Of a stretch of 19,678 bases of DNA, positions 9,215 through 18,030 are shown piece by piece. The position numbers were made by a program, and so were the translations under genes. Each line of letters opens with the position of its first letter. The first letter of the stretch is position 1. Source of the DNA: Candidatus Bathyarchaeia archaeon (GTDB taxonomy: Archaea > Thermoproteota > Bathyarchaeia > Bathyarchaeales > Bathycorpusculaceae); assembly GCA_050010515.1 (NCBI GenBank), contig JBEKKX010000040.1:1-19678 (forward strand), read 5' to 3'. A model generated the notes under the pieces. That model saw nothing but the letters and a program-made list of their open reading frames with translations, was not told the origin of the DNA and ran no database searches.

Positions 9215-9725
9215 ACTAATCACACTTTTAGATGAAAATGGAATCGTTTACATGATAATTGGTGGTTATGCCCTGCCTTTCTATGGCAGAATTCGAACAA
9301 CCGTTGATCTAGACATTGCTGTGGCAATTGAAACTCAGAAAGAATTTAGTTATCTGCTGAATCTACTTAGAGCAGCTGATTTTGAACCAACCATCCGCTC
9401 CCCAAACGAACCTTTAATAGTAGTCGACCGCCAAGAAAAAATTGAGTTTGAGGTTTGGACTAAACCTGACGGAGTTGTTTTTGACGAAGAAACACTAAGG
9501 CGTCGTAGAAAAGCGCAGCTAAGCGAAGGCATTTCAGCTTGGATTGTTTCTCCTGAAGATTTCATTGTAACTGAATTAGCTAGACTTAACCGCGGCGTTA
9601 TAGACGAGCAGGACGTGAAAAGCGTGCTGGTTAGGCAAGAGGGAAACATAAATTGGAAATACCTTGAGAAAAGAGCAAAGGAAGCACAAGTGCTCACAAT
9701 TCTGAAAACAATTCAAAACGAATAA
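9186..9725 (+). CDS. Pol-beta-superfamily nucleotidyltransferase (DUF6036/AbiEii-like)
   Basis: YMIIGGYA, RTTVDLDIAV (GG plus DxD), SPEDFIV and R...DEQDV motifs. Confidence 0.75.
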   Translation: MPAILRTLHRLITLLDENGIVYMIIGGYALPFYGRIRTTVDLDIAVAIETQKEFSYLLNLLRAADFEPTIRSPNEPLIVVDRQEKIEFEVWTKPDGVVFDEETLRRRRKAQLSEGISAWIVSPEDFIVTELARLNRGVIDEQDVKSVLVRQEGNINWKYLEKRAKEAQVLTILKTIQNE

Positions 9726-9735
9726 GCATCTCTCT

Positions 9736-10140
9736 TTAGCTTTTAGCGGTTTTCTTTTTAATTTCCAGCGCAAGGTTCTTCGTTCCTTTAATTATAACGC
9801 CGCTTGAGAAAATTTTCTGCTTGAGAACTTCGGGAACTCTTGCTATCTCTACCATATCCACAGGCAAACCGATTTCCAGTTCAATTTGCGCGTTCAAGTT
9901 AAGGAACTCTTTGAAAGTAAGTTCTGGCTCTGAGTAGATGGCTAAGTCTATATCTCTTATGCTGTCTTGCCGTGTTAAGCTGCCGAAAAGCCAAGCAAGC
10001 TTAATCTGTTTCTCTCGGGCAAGTAAAGCCTTGAGTTTGGTGATTATGGTTTCTTTTTCTTTTGGTCCAATTCTATACCATTGAATTTTATCATATTTTG
10101 GACCCTGTATCTTTCTGTATCTTTCTATTGAATCCTTCAT
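9736..10140 (-). CDS. Minimal nucleotidyltransferase (MNT, MntA-like)
   Basis: AWLFGSLTR...DIDLAI and PVDMVEI third acidic motif; 134 aa. Confidence 0.82.
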   Translation of the reverse strand: MKDSIERYRKIQGPKYDKIQWYRIGPKEKETIITKLKALLAREKQIKLAWLFGSLTRQDSIRDIDLAIYSEPELTFKEFLNLNAQIELEIGLPVDMVEIARVPEVLKQKIFSSGVIIKGTKNLALEIKKKTAKS

Positions 10141-10197
10141 TTTTATGCCTGCTTGGCATCTAAAATTAAGCTATCTCTTCTGTTGCCAAAAATATCT

Positions 10198-10662
10198 TTA
10201 AGCCTTTGCTGGTTGGTTTAGGCTTTGGGCGAAGGCTTCTGCTTGTTTAATGTCGTCTTTGTTTGGGTGTTCCTTGTTTAAGCCTCTCACTATTTTCATA
10301 AGGCCGTAGGTGTCAAGTCCTGCACAGTTAAACTCTCCAACGATATTGAAGCCTTTGGATTGAAGTTTTTCTCTGAGTTTCTTGTGAAATTTAGGCGTGG
10401 TTCCTGTTTGACCGCTTGTGGAGAATATGAATGCTTTCTTGTTGGTTACTTGAGGCAGCTTGTCGGCAAGGTCAAGCAGAGACTTATGGTGTTTTCTGAA
10501 GTAGATACCTGAACCGAAACCGATAAGGTCATACTCGGAGAGACCATTTGGATTAACTTCTGGCGGCGTTTTAATTTCTGCGTTGAGAGCGCTTGCGAAA
10601 ACCAAAGCTATTTTCGCGGTGTTCTTATGATGATAAGAAAAACAGATGACTAGTGTTTTCAC
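10198..10662 (-). CDS. Flavodoxin-family protein
   Basis: SYHHKNTAKIA FMN loop, YDLIGFGSGIY, AFIFSTSG, GEFNCAG. Probable GTG start at 10662 (ORF-track start 10680). Confidence 0.88.
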   Translation of the reverse strand: MKTLVICFSYHHKNTAKIALVFASALNAEIKTPPEVNPNGLSEYDLIGFGSGIYFRKHHKSLLDLADKLPQVTNKKAFIFSTSGQTGTTPKFHKKLREKLQSKGFNIVGEFNCAGLDTYGLMKIVRGLNKEHPNKDDIKQAEAFAQSLNQPAKA

Positions 10663-10785
10663 GATTTCACGGGCAAACAACCTTTAAAGTGTTAAGCTAA
10701 TATATTTTTTGTTTTGCCGCGAGCTTATTTTATTAACATAATTTGTTACGGATTTGCTGGGAGCTTGTTGGGTCAGGATTCACGC

Positions 10786-11076
10786 ATGAGAGACAGGGAG
10801 ACAAAGCGTTCAAGAACCGACCTTTATGCTTCGGTCTTGGAAGTTTTAATCCGTTATCCTGAAGGAGGAAAAATCACTCGCATCTCCTACGGCGTAGGCG
10901 TTCCCATCGATCGATTAAGAACGATAATTGAAAACCTATGCAACTTCGGTTTAGCTAGAAAACTCACCGACGGCGAGCAAGTCTACTACTTCGCCACACC
11001 CCGAGGCTTAGAATTTCTAGACACGTACTGGAAAATGAAAAGCTTCTTTGAAATATTCGGCGACAAACAAACATAA
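10786..11076 (+). CDS. Small archaeal winged-helix transcription regulator
   Basis: KRSRTDLYASVLE...KITRISYGVG...L..L...GL...YFATPRGLEFL pattern. Likely ATG at 10786 (ORF-track start 10714). Confidence 0.8.
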   Translation: MRDRETKRSRTDLYASVLEVLIRYPEGGKITRISYGVGVPIDRLRTIIENLCNFGLARKLTDGEQVYYFATPRGLEFLDTYWKMKSFFEIFGDKQT

Positions 11077-11204
11077 TTAAAAACTCAAACTATCAAAACT
11101 AAAAACTCTTAAAAAAACCAATACGCCGTCAAACGAGAAACTTATTGCTGTGCTTTTTGCTGTAAACGGGACTTTACAAAAATCGTGATGAGCGGGGTAG
11201 GGTA

Positions 11205-11640
11205 TCAATTTAGCAACTGAATTTCTCTAGCTAAATTGAAAGGTATCCTATGGAAAGCATTATTATTGCCAAGTTTTTGTATACTATTTAAATCAAAGAT
11301 AATTTTACCGTGCCCCTCGATAGACGCTAAATCCGCAATATGCTCTTCGGGGAGTAGAAGTTTACAATTTCGGTCAATTAGTTCACCGAAAGAAGAGTAA
11401 GTTGTTCTGCCATTTGTGGGCTTCGGCAGATTAGACATGGCTTCAGCATACTTCAAACATTCTTAGCCTATCAACATAGATTTCTTCCCTTTTGTGAACG
11501 GATTAAATTTTAATCTTTTTCCCTCTGCATCTTCAACTACGACTTCTCCTTCATCTTCTTATTCTTCTTCTATCCTCTTGCTTACCGTACTTACTCCACT
11601 GTACTTACTCCACTTACTCTGCTTACTCACTTGCTCGCAA
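11205..11640 (-). pseudogene. Decayed gene relic of unknown family
   Basis: One minus-strand frame reads VSKRIEEE*EDEGEVVVEDAEGKRLKFNPFTKGKKSMLIG*ECLKYAEAMSN... into ORF 11205-11456, with TAA stops at 11561-11559 and 11465-11463. Confidence 0.4.
11581..11636. repeat. Degenerate ~9-bp tandem repeat (CTTACTC core)
   Basis: Copies begin at 11581 (cttacc), 11590, 11604, 11613, 11622 and 11630 (cttgctc). Confidence 0.75.
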
Positions 11641-11726
11641 AGACTAAATAGACAGACAAAAATAGTTGCGAGGGCTTAGTCCAGAAACATTGACTATACT
11701 TTAAGCGCTTAGTAAAGAAACCTTGA

Positions 11727-11742
11727 CGAAAACCCTTTTATC
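11727..11742 (+). promoter_or_regulatory. Putative BRE plus TATA of the Kelch gene
   Basis: acgaaaaccc-TTTTATC ~27-30 bp upstream of ATG 11769. Confidence 0.45.
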
Positions 11743-11768
11743 CCAAGTCATCTCCAAGAGAAAGATAG

Positions 11769-13202
11769 ATGAGCATGAGCAAAGGTTACGCCGTAGCGCT
11801 CGTTCTCGTTTTTCTTTTTGCATCATGCTTAATCGATGCTAAGCCTGTTTCTGCAGATTCAGCCGCGACTGGGAACACGTGGGCTGAGTTGGCACCGATG
11901 AATCTGGCGAGATCATATTTTGGTGCTGTTGTGTCAGATGGAAAAATCTATGCAATTGGAGGCTGCGATCAAGTCGCTACAGGTGGTAATGAAATAATGC
12001 CAGCAAGCAGTTACACAGGAGGCGACACAGGCGCAAACGAAGTATATGACCCTGCCACAGGTAATTGGACTTTAGAAGCGCCAATGCCAACGCCGAGAGA
12101 AGGCTTTGCGATCGCCGTCTACCAAGGTAAAATCTACTGTATTGGAGGAAGTACGCAAGAACCGCCTTATGACATGTTTGGTGCGGTAGGTGTAAACGAG
12201 GCTTATGATCCTTCAACGAATAGTTGGCAAGAAGAAGCCCCGATGCCTTATCCGGTAACAGATTTGCAAGCAAATGTCATAGATGGAAAAATATACTGCA
12301 TAGGGGGAGTTAGCTCCAGCAATGTTGGTTCCACGGCAAATCAAGTTTATGATCCTGTCACTAACACTTGGAGCGAAAATGCACCTTTGCCAACAGCAAC
12401 TTTCGATTATGCATCAGCAGTATGTAACGGTAAAATATACATCATAAACGGGATATGGTGGATGAGCGATTATGGACTTGATCTTAACCAAATCTTTAAT
12501 CCTCAAAATGACACTTGGAGTTCTGGAGCGCCGCCTCCTTATGGTACAGAGGCCTGGGTTGGAGCTGGAACAGATGTTGGAGCTGCAACTACTGGGGTGA
12601 TGGCTCCAGAGCGAATTTACGCCTTCAGTAGCTACACACAAATCTACAACCCCATGACTAATTCTTGGTCGTTGGGAGAAGCAATTTCTTCTCCTCGAGG
12701 TGGCTTTGCCGTAGTAAATGTGAATGATCAATTGTACGTCATGGGAGGCTCCAATTTCACGGGTGATATGAATGCGGAGGTTGCTACCGAAACTGAGTTT
12801 AATCTAACCCAGCTGTATACTCCTGTTGGTTACGGTACTATTCTACCTGAAATTTCGATTTTGTCTCCGGAGAATCAGATGTTTAATAAGTCCAGTGTTC
12901 CTCTGGTTTTCACTGTGGATAGGGCTGTTAGCTGGGAAGGTTACAGTCTTGATGGCAAAGCAAACGTAACCTTGAGCGGCAACGAAACTATTGGTGGCAT
13001 TCCAAATGGTTTGCACACAATTACGGTCTATGCTAATGACACTTTCGGAAACGTGGGCGCTTCGCAAACCGTCAATTTCACGGTAGCGGCGCTGCACCCT
13101 TTTCCAACTGTGGCTGTTGCGGTTGTCTCCGGATCAGTGGTGGTTGCGGTTATTGCTGGTTTGCTGGTTTACTTCAAGAAGCGCAAAAGGTGGGTTATTT
13201 AG
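11769..13202 (+). CDS. Secreted, membrane-anchored Kelch-repeat beta-propeller protein with Ig-like domain
   Basis: Signal peptide, repeated GKIYxIGG...NEVYDP..NxW...APMP Kelch units, ISILSPEN...YSLDG...GLHTITVYAND Ig-like domain, C-terminal TM helix and KKRKR. Confidence 0.9.
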   Translation: MSMSKGYAVALVLVFLFASCLIDAKPVSADSAATGNTWAELAPMNLARSYFGAVVSDGKIYAIGGCDQVATGGNEIMPASSYTGGDTGANEVYDPATGNWTLEAPMPTPREGFAIAVYQGKIYCIGGSTQEPPYDMFGAVGVNEAYDPSTNSWQEEAPMPYPVTDLQANVIDGKIYCIGGVSSSNVGSTANQVYDPVTNTWSENAPLPTATFDYASAVCNGKIYIINGIWWMSDYGLDLNQIFNPQNDTWSSGAPPPYGTEAWVGAGTDVGAATTGVMAPERIYAFSSYTQIYNPMTNSWSLGEAISSPRGGFAVVNVNDQLYVMGGSNFTGDMNAEVATETEFNLTQLYTPVGYGTILPEISILSPENQMFNKSSVPLVFTVDRAVSWEGYSLDGKANVTLSGNETIGGIPNGLHTITVYANDTFGNVGASQTVNFTVAALHPFPTVAVAVVSGSVVVAVIAGLLVYFKKRKRWVI

Positions 13203-13386
13203 GCGCTTAGGCTTTAAGGCTGGGCGTTCTCGAGAATCCAATCTTTCCTTTCATGCCTAAGATACTTCGCAAACAACAACGCTTCTTCACTTTACACTCC
13301 AACTATTGCAGATTAGCTATTCCCCGAGAGACAGTTCAAGATAAATAGTGGTAGTGCAATCTCGTTACCTTACAGGAGAAATAAAC

Positions 13387-13809
13387 TTGTCTGTAGCGCA
13401 AAGAAAGTATTTCACTGAAATCGCAGCGTTAGCAGATAAAACCGTATCTGTAGTGACAACTACTGGAAAAATATTCAACGGCACACTCATCGGCATTAAC
13501 CAGGACAATATGAGTCTATGCCTGGCTGACGCAAAAGATGAATCTGCAAACTTGCTTCACCGAGTTTTCCTAAACGGAAGCGTGGTTGCTCAAATATCAA
13601 GCGCAGAAAAACCCTTCGACCTCAAAGCCTTAGCTACAAGACTTGAAAAAGTTTTCCCAACCATGGTTAAACTATATGAAGACAAGGGCTTCATCTGGGT
13701 CATGGATAAAGTGAAACTAACAGAAAAAGGCGTTGTTGAAGGTTCAGGTCCAGCTGCCGACCGCGTGCAAAAAGTATACGAACAATTCATGTTCGAAGTT
13801 AAACCCTAA
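13387..13809 (+). CDS. Lsm/Sm-like RNA-binding protein with C-terminal domain (SmAP3 type)
   Basis: Sm1 (VSVVTTTGKIFNGTLIGI...SLCLADA) and Sm2 (RVFLNGSVVAQI) motifs plus a ~60-aa extension (FDLKALA..LEKVFP...KV...GVVEGSGP). Likely TTG 13387 behind an AGGAG RBS. Confidence 0.85.
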   Translation: MSVAQRKYFTEIAALADKTVSVVTTTGKIFNGTLIGINQDNMSLCLADAKDESANLLHRVFLNGSVVAQISSAEKPFDLKALATRLEKVFPTMVKLYEDKGFIWVMDKVKLTEKGVVEGSGPAADRVQKVYEQFMFEVKP

Positions 13810-14558
13810 ATAAACCAGCGCAGTTGTTCTTCCTCTTTCTTCTTTTCTTCTGTTACGGTTCTAACAATGCCAAAGGACTCTAAAACTTTCTTTATCTCGC
13901 AACCGCTTTCTTCAAGCTTTGATAAGTCAACGTTAAGCTTCAAGTATTTACCAAGCATAGTCAACGCATACCGTGCAGCGTTCACGTCAGGGTCCATTCC
14001 AGGTGTATCAACCAGCAAAGAGAAACCCTTCAAGTCCCTAACCCTTGCTAAACCAACGGATAAGCCAGCGATACCGAAAACGTGTCCAACCATCACTTTA
14101 GCCCCCAAATCAAGCGCCTCCTGCATCGTATCCAAATCCGTGGCTGTACTATAAATCGCTGGTACAGGCTGCGCCTCATCTTTCTTGAAGCCGCCGATTG
14201 ATATTACAAAGCGGCAGCCAAACTCCTGAGCTAAATCAAGCACTTTATCAACAAGCTCGTATTGCCCAACAGTTGTCAGCGCCTGCGTGTTTCCATACCA
14301 AATAATCAAGTCGCGCCCGCCATCCTCCCGTTTCGCATAGTAGAGCTCATTTATAGGCGAAAGCGTACTGCCATCCTCAGTTGTTACTGCAAAATCTTGG
14401 AATGATGAGGAAAAAATTTGGACGAACCGTTTAGCTTTTAACTCCCGTATCAAATGCAGCGCTGCAATGTTTGCCACAAACCCTATGCCAGGCAACCCTT
14501 CAATTAGAATTGGATCGTTTAGTTTCGGCCTTTCACTTATGTCTATTGAGCAAACCAT
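13806..14558 (-). CDS. PAC2-family proteasome assembly chaperone
   Basis: PILIEGLPGIGFVANIAA N-terminal motif, ISIGGF, GIAGL, PDVNAA, and an aromatic-hydrophobic C-terminus (RWFI). Confidence 0.88.
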   Translation of the reverse strand: MVCSIDISERPKLNDPILIEGLPGIGFVANIAALHLIRELKAKRFVQIFSSSFQDFAVTTEDGSTLSPINELYYAKREDGGRDLIIWYGNTQALTTVGQYELVDKVLDLAQEFGCRFVISIGGFKKDEAQPVPAIYSTATDLDTMQEALDLGAKVMVGHVFGIAGLSVGLARVRDLKGFSLLVDTPGMDPDVNAARYALTMLGKYLKLNVDLSKLEESGCEIKKVLESFGIVRTVTEEKKKEEEQLRWFI

Positions 14559-14800
14559 GGTTTAGCATCTCTCTGTCGGTATTAGACAAATTAATGCGAT
14601 ATAAGGTTGCCTAATCCACATTCGATAGCTTTCACTTGCCCTTAGAAGAATCTTGCATCCAAAATATTCTATTTATCCAAGTAACTAAAAAACTACCTGC
14701 TTCTTCCTCATTTAGATATTAATTTTCGTTTGCTAAATTGAATCGAGCCTTCTGCCTTTAATGTTGGAATAAACTTAAATTTTCAAAAGAAAGCACCTAT

Positions 14801-16198
14801 ATGCAGGGTGTAAACTTGCGGAAGCTTGCATGCATAATCTTAATCACGACTATTTTGGTTGGTGGGCTTCTGCTTCTAGAAGAGGGGCATGCAACTACTG
14901 TTCCCGGTGAAACAATCTATACAAATACAACTTGGACAAGCGCGAGCAGTCCTTACGTCCTTACAGGAAATGTAATTGTAAACAGTGGAGTAACATTAAC
15001 CATTGAACCTGGGGTTACAGTAAATTTTGGTCCATATCAGATAACGGTGAATGGTATCTTAAATGCACAAGGTACGAGTGCCAACAAAATAGTTCTTTCA
15101 AGCAATAACGATTCTGACGAGCAAATTGACTTTACAGCCCAAGCTGATTATGGGTGTATAATTGATAACGCGATTATTTCTTCAGTGCCTATAGTGGTCG
15201 GGGGTGGCTCTCCGCAAATAAACAACAATTATTTCACCAGCACTCCTACCCCAGCATTGATTAATGTTTACGGCGGTTCTCCTTTAATAGAGAAAAACGT
15301 CATAAATATGGTTTCTACGGACGGCATTTATGTCAATTCTGGTTCTCCTACTATCTCATCTAACTTAATTACGGGCGAAGACCAATATTATGGAATCTAC
15401 ATTGAAAGTACCGCTACCGCTACCATTTCTAACAACAACATCACAGATTGCTGGTCAGGTATTGATGCAGTAGGCGAATCAATTATTCAACAAAACAACG
15501 TTATGAACAATGCCAACGATGGAATACATAGCAATATTTCTGCTTCAATAATTCAGGACAATGCGATTGCAAACAACCTGTGTGGAATCAGTGGACCTGG
15601 GAATATTCAAGACAACACCATAACTGATAATTCGGCAGGACTTTGGGGCCCATCTGCATCAGCGACCATTACTAATAACAACATATTTGACAACACTGAG
15701 AATATTCACTTGACAGATTCAGGCAACGTGAACGCTACCTATAATTGGTGGGGAACAGCCGATGCATCAGTGATTAACCAAACAATTTGGGACTTCAAAA
15801 ATGCCCCGAACTTGGGTATAGTAACCTTTGTTCCTTTTCTCGCTGAGTCAAATCCCCTCGCGCCATCCATCCCAACACTTGGTCCTGTTCCGACGCCGCC
15901 TCCGACCCCTGCGCCTACGACAACTGCAACTCCTTTTGTTACCCCTACTCCAACCTATACGCCAACTCCAACCAATTATACTACGTCAACTCCAAGGCCC
16001 ACGCCTATTCTAATTCGGACTCCATCCTCCCCAATATTTGGTCATTTCAGCATGACAGATATAGATAACATGGTGGTTATTGCCCTAGCTTTCACCTTAG
16101 CGGTCGTAATTATTGTTGTTATAAACATGAAATTCGGGAAACCTAATAAGCCTAAGTCAAAGAAACGACGAAAACGTAGGCAAAAAAGTGCGGAATAG
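14801..16198 (+). CDS. Membrane-anchored right-handed parallel beta-helix (NosD/PbH1) surface protein
   Basis: Signal peptide, WT...SPYVLTG..VNSGVTLTIEPG cap, Asn/Ile-rich repeats (ISNNNIT, IQDNAIANN), NATYNWWG, Pro/Thr linker, TM helix, basic tail. Confidence 0.85.
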   Translation: MQGVNLRKLACIILITTILVGGLLLLEEGHATTVPGETIYTNTTWTSASSPYVLTGNVIVNSGVTLTIEPGVTVNFGPYQITVNGILNAQGTSANKIVLSSNNDSDEQIDFTAQADYGCIIDNAIISSVPIVVGGGSPQINNNYFTSTPTPALINVYGGSPLIEKNVINMVSTDGIYVNSGSPTISSNLITGEDQYYGIYIESTATATISNNNITDCWSGIDAVGESIIQQNNVMNNANDGIHSNISASIIQDNAIANNLCGISGPGNIQDNTITDNSAGLWGPSASATITNNNIFDNTENIHLTDSGNVNATYNWWGTADASVINQTIWDFKNAPNLGIVTFVPFLAESNPLAPSIPTLGPVPTPPPTPAPTTTATPFVTPTPTYTPTPTNYTTSTPRPTPILIRTPSSPIFGHFSMTDIDNMVVIALAFTLAVVIIVVINMKFGKPNKPKSKKRRKRRQKSAE

Positions 16199-16246
16199 AA
16201 GAGTTACTTCTGGTTGCCCTGCCCCTCAAGGCTTTGTGAGCTTATG

Positions 16247-16256
16247 TTTTTTATAA
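16247..16256 (+). promoter_or_regulatory. Putative TATA box of tgtA
   Basis: TTTTTTATAA ~31 bp upstream of TTG 16288, consistent with a short-leader transcript. Confidence 0.45.
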
Positions 16257-16287
16257 GCGAGTAGTGATTCTTGTTTAGGCTTCAACG

Positions 16288-17913
16288 TTGAGTTTCGAAA
16301 TAAAAGAAAAAGACCTGCTTGGTAGAATAGGCAAACTTAAAACTAAAAGTGGAACAGTGGAAACGCCTCTTTTATTTCCTGTAATTAACCCTAGCATTCA
16401 GCTTGTTGCGCCTAGACGGCTTAAGGAAACGTTTGGTTTTGAAGCAGTCATAACTAACGCTTACATACTCAAAAATCGCTATCAGGATAAACTAGTCAAC
16501 GAGGGCTTACATAAATTTCTAGACTTCGACGGTACAGTAATGACTGATTCAGGAGCCTACCAAATTCTCGTTTACGGAGAAGTAGAAGTTAGCCAAAAAG
16601 AAATCGTTGCCTACCAAGAAGGCATCGGCAGCGACATCGCCACCATGCTTGACATACCCACAGGCTGGAAAATAACCAAAGAACAAGCCGAAGGAACCGT
16701 GGCTGAAACCTTGCGGAGAGCAAAGGCTTTCTTTAAAACCAAAACGCGTGACGATATTTTATGGGTTGGACCAATACAGGGCGGAAGACACTTGGATCTT
16801 GTTGCAAACTCGGCGCTTGAAATGGGGAAACTGCCTTTCCAAATCCACGCTCTTGGAAGCCCAACAGAAGTCATGGAAAGCTACCGCTACGACGTATTAG
16901 CCGACATGATTTTAACGGCGAAAAAAGGTTTGCCCATAGAGCGTCCGCTGCACCTGTTTGGCGCTGGGCACCCGGCAATGTTCTCGTTGGCAGTTGCGCT
17001 GGGATGCGACCTTTTTGATTCAGCAGCTTACGCATTATACGCTAGGGAAAACCGTTACATGACTGAGAACGGCACATGGCGGCTTGAAGAAATGGATTAT
17101 TTTCCATGCTGCTGCCCCAGATGCTCCGCGGAAACGCCGAAGGGACTGGAAAAAAGGTCGAAGAAAGAACGGGAAGTTTTCTTGGCTGAACATAACCTCT
17201 ACGTTTGCCAAGCAGAGCTTAAGCGCATTAAACAAGCCATAAGGAATGGCAGGCTTTGGGAGCATACAGAAATGCGGGTTCATGGTCATCCAGCGTTGCT
17301 TTCAGCCCTTAAAAGATTGCGAAGTCATGATGATTTTCTTGAAAAGTACAGTCCAACTGTGAAGGACAGCGGATTCTTCTATTTCGACTCGGTGGGGCTT
17401 GTGCGTCCAGAAATAACCCATTATCGGAAACGGTTAAACCAGCGATATGACCCGCCGAAGAATGCACGGGTTCTTTTGCTTGTGCCGCAAACAAGGAATA
17501 AACCGTTTCATAGGGCGCCTGAGTTTAAGAAGATTAGGCATCTCTTCCGCTGTTTAGGCGAAGATTTGGCTTCGAAAATTCACATTTGCGTTTACTCTGC
17601 TCCATTTGGGTTGGTTCCGTTGGAGCTTGATGAAGTTTATCCGCTCAGCCAGCATGAGGCTGCTTTGCCGCTTGACTTGGAAACCGTAGACTACGTTGCA
17701 TGCCAAACCTGTGAATACATCAAGCGCACGGCGTACACGGGTGTTGTTTTGCTTAATGATGCTAAACTTTGGAAAGACACCGTTAAAAAAGCCTGCAGGT
17801 CAGCGTGTAGAGCGAAGGGTTTAGCGTTTGATTCTGTTGATGCCGATGTGGAAGGAAGCAAAGAGATTTTAATTCGTTTAGAGAACATTTTGCGTAGACA
17901 GTTGAGCGAATAA
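16288..17913 (+). CDS. tgtA: Archaeosine tRNA-guanine(15) transglycosylase (arcTGT)
   Basis: GRIGKL...VETP, TDSGAYQ, LDIPT, GPIQGG, HLFGAGHP, GCDLFDSA, Zn site CCCPRC...H. Confidence 0.95.
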   Translation: MSFEIKEKDLLGRIGKLKTKSGTVETPLLFPVINPSIQLVAPRRLKETFGFEAVITNAYILKNRYQDKLVNEGLHKFLDFDGTVMTDSGAYQILVYGEVEVSQKEIVAYQEGIGSDIATMLDIPTGWKITKEQAEGTVAETLRRAKAFFKTKTRDDILWVGPIQGGRHLDLVANSALEMGKLPFQIHALGSPTEVMESYRYDVLADMILTAKKGLPIERPLHLFGAGHPAMFSLAVALGCDLFDSAAYALYARENRYMTENGTWRLEEMDYFPCCCPRCSAETPKGLEKRSKKEREVFLAEHNLYVCQAELKRIKQAIRNGRLWEHTEMRVHGHPALLSALKRLRSHDDFLEKYSPTVKDSGFFYFDSVGLVRPEITHYRKRLNQRYDPPKNARVLLLVPQTRNKPFHRAPEFKKIRHLFRCLGEDLASKIHICVYSAPFGLVPLELDEVYPLSQHEAALPLDLETVDYVACQTCEYIKRTAYTGVVLLNDAKLWKDTVKKACRSACRAKGLAFDSVDADVEGSKEILIRLENILRRQLSE

Positions 17914-18030
17914 CCTTGATTCAAGCTGACTTACATATCCTTGAGGCAATGTTTAGCCAAGTTTTCAAGGATGATAAGTCGTAAATCTGAATAGCGCAGA
18001 AATAACCCACATCGAAAAAACTAAAAGCAA

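Noticed and set aside
11185-11220. C/D box sRNA (GTGATGA 11185-11191, CTGA 11217-11220)
   Set aside because: Only 25 nt between boxes, with no recognisable D'/C' boxes.
11581-11636. CRISPR array
   Set aside because: Units are ~9 bp with no unique spacers, and there are no cas genes.
11494-11679. 61-aa plus-strand ORF
   Set aside because: Low-complexity Ser/Leu translation of the pyrimidine-rich repeat tract. The minus-strand relic explains it better.
11702-13261. Short palindromes taagcgctta (11702-11711), ttctcgagaa (13227-13236) and cttaggc/gcctaag (13206-13261)
   Set aside because: Several 10-bp palindromes are expected by chance in 20 kb, and they share no motif.
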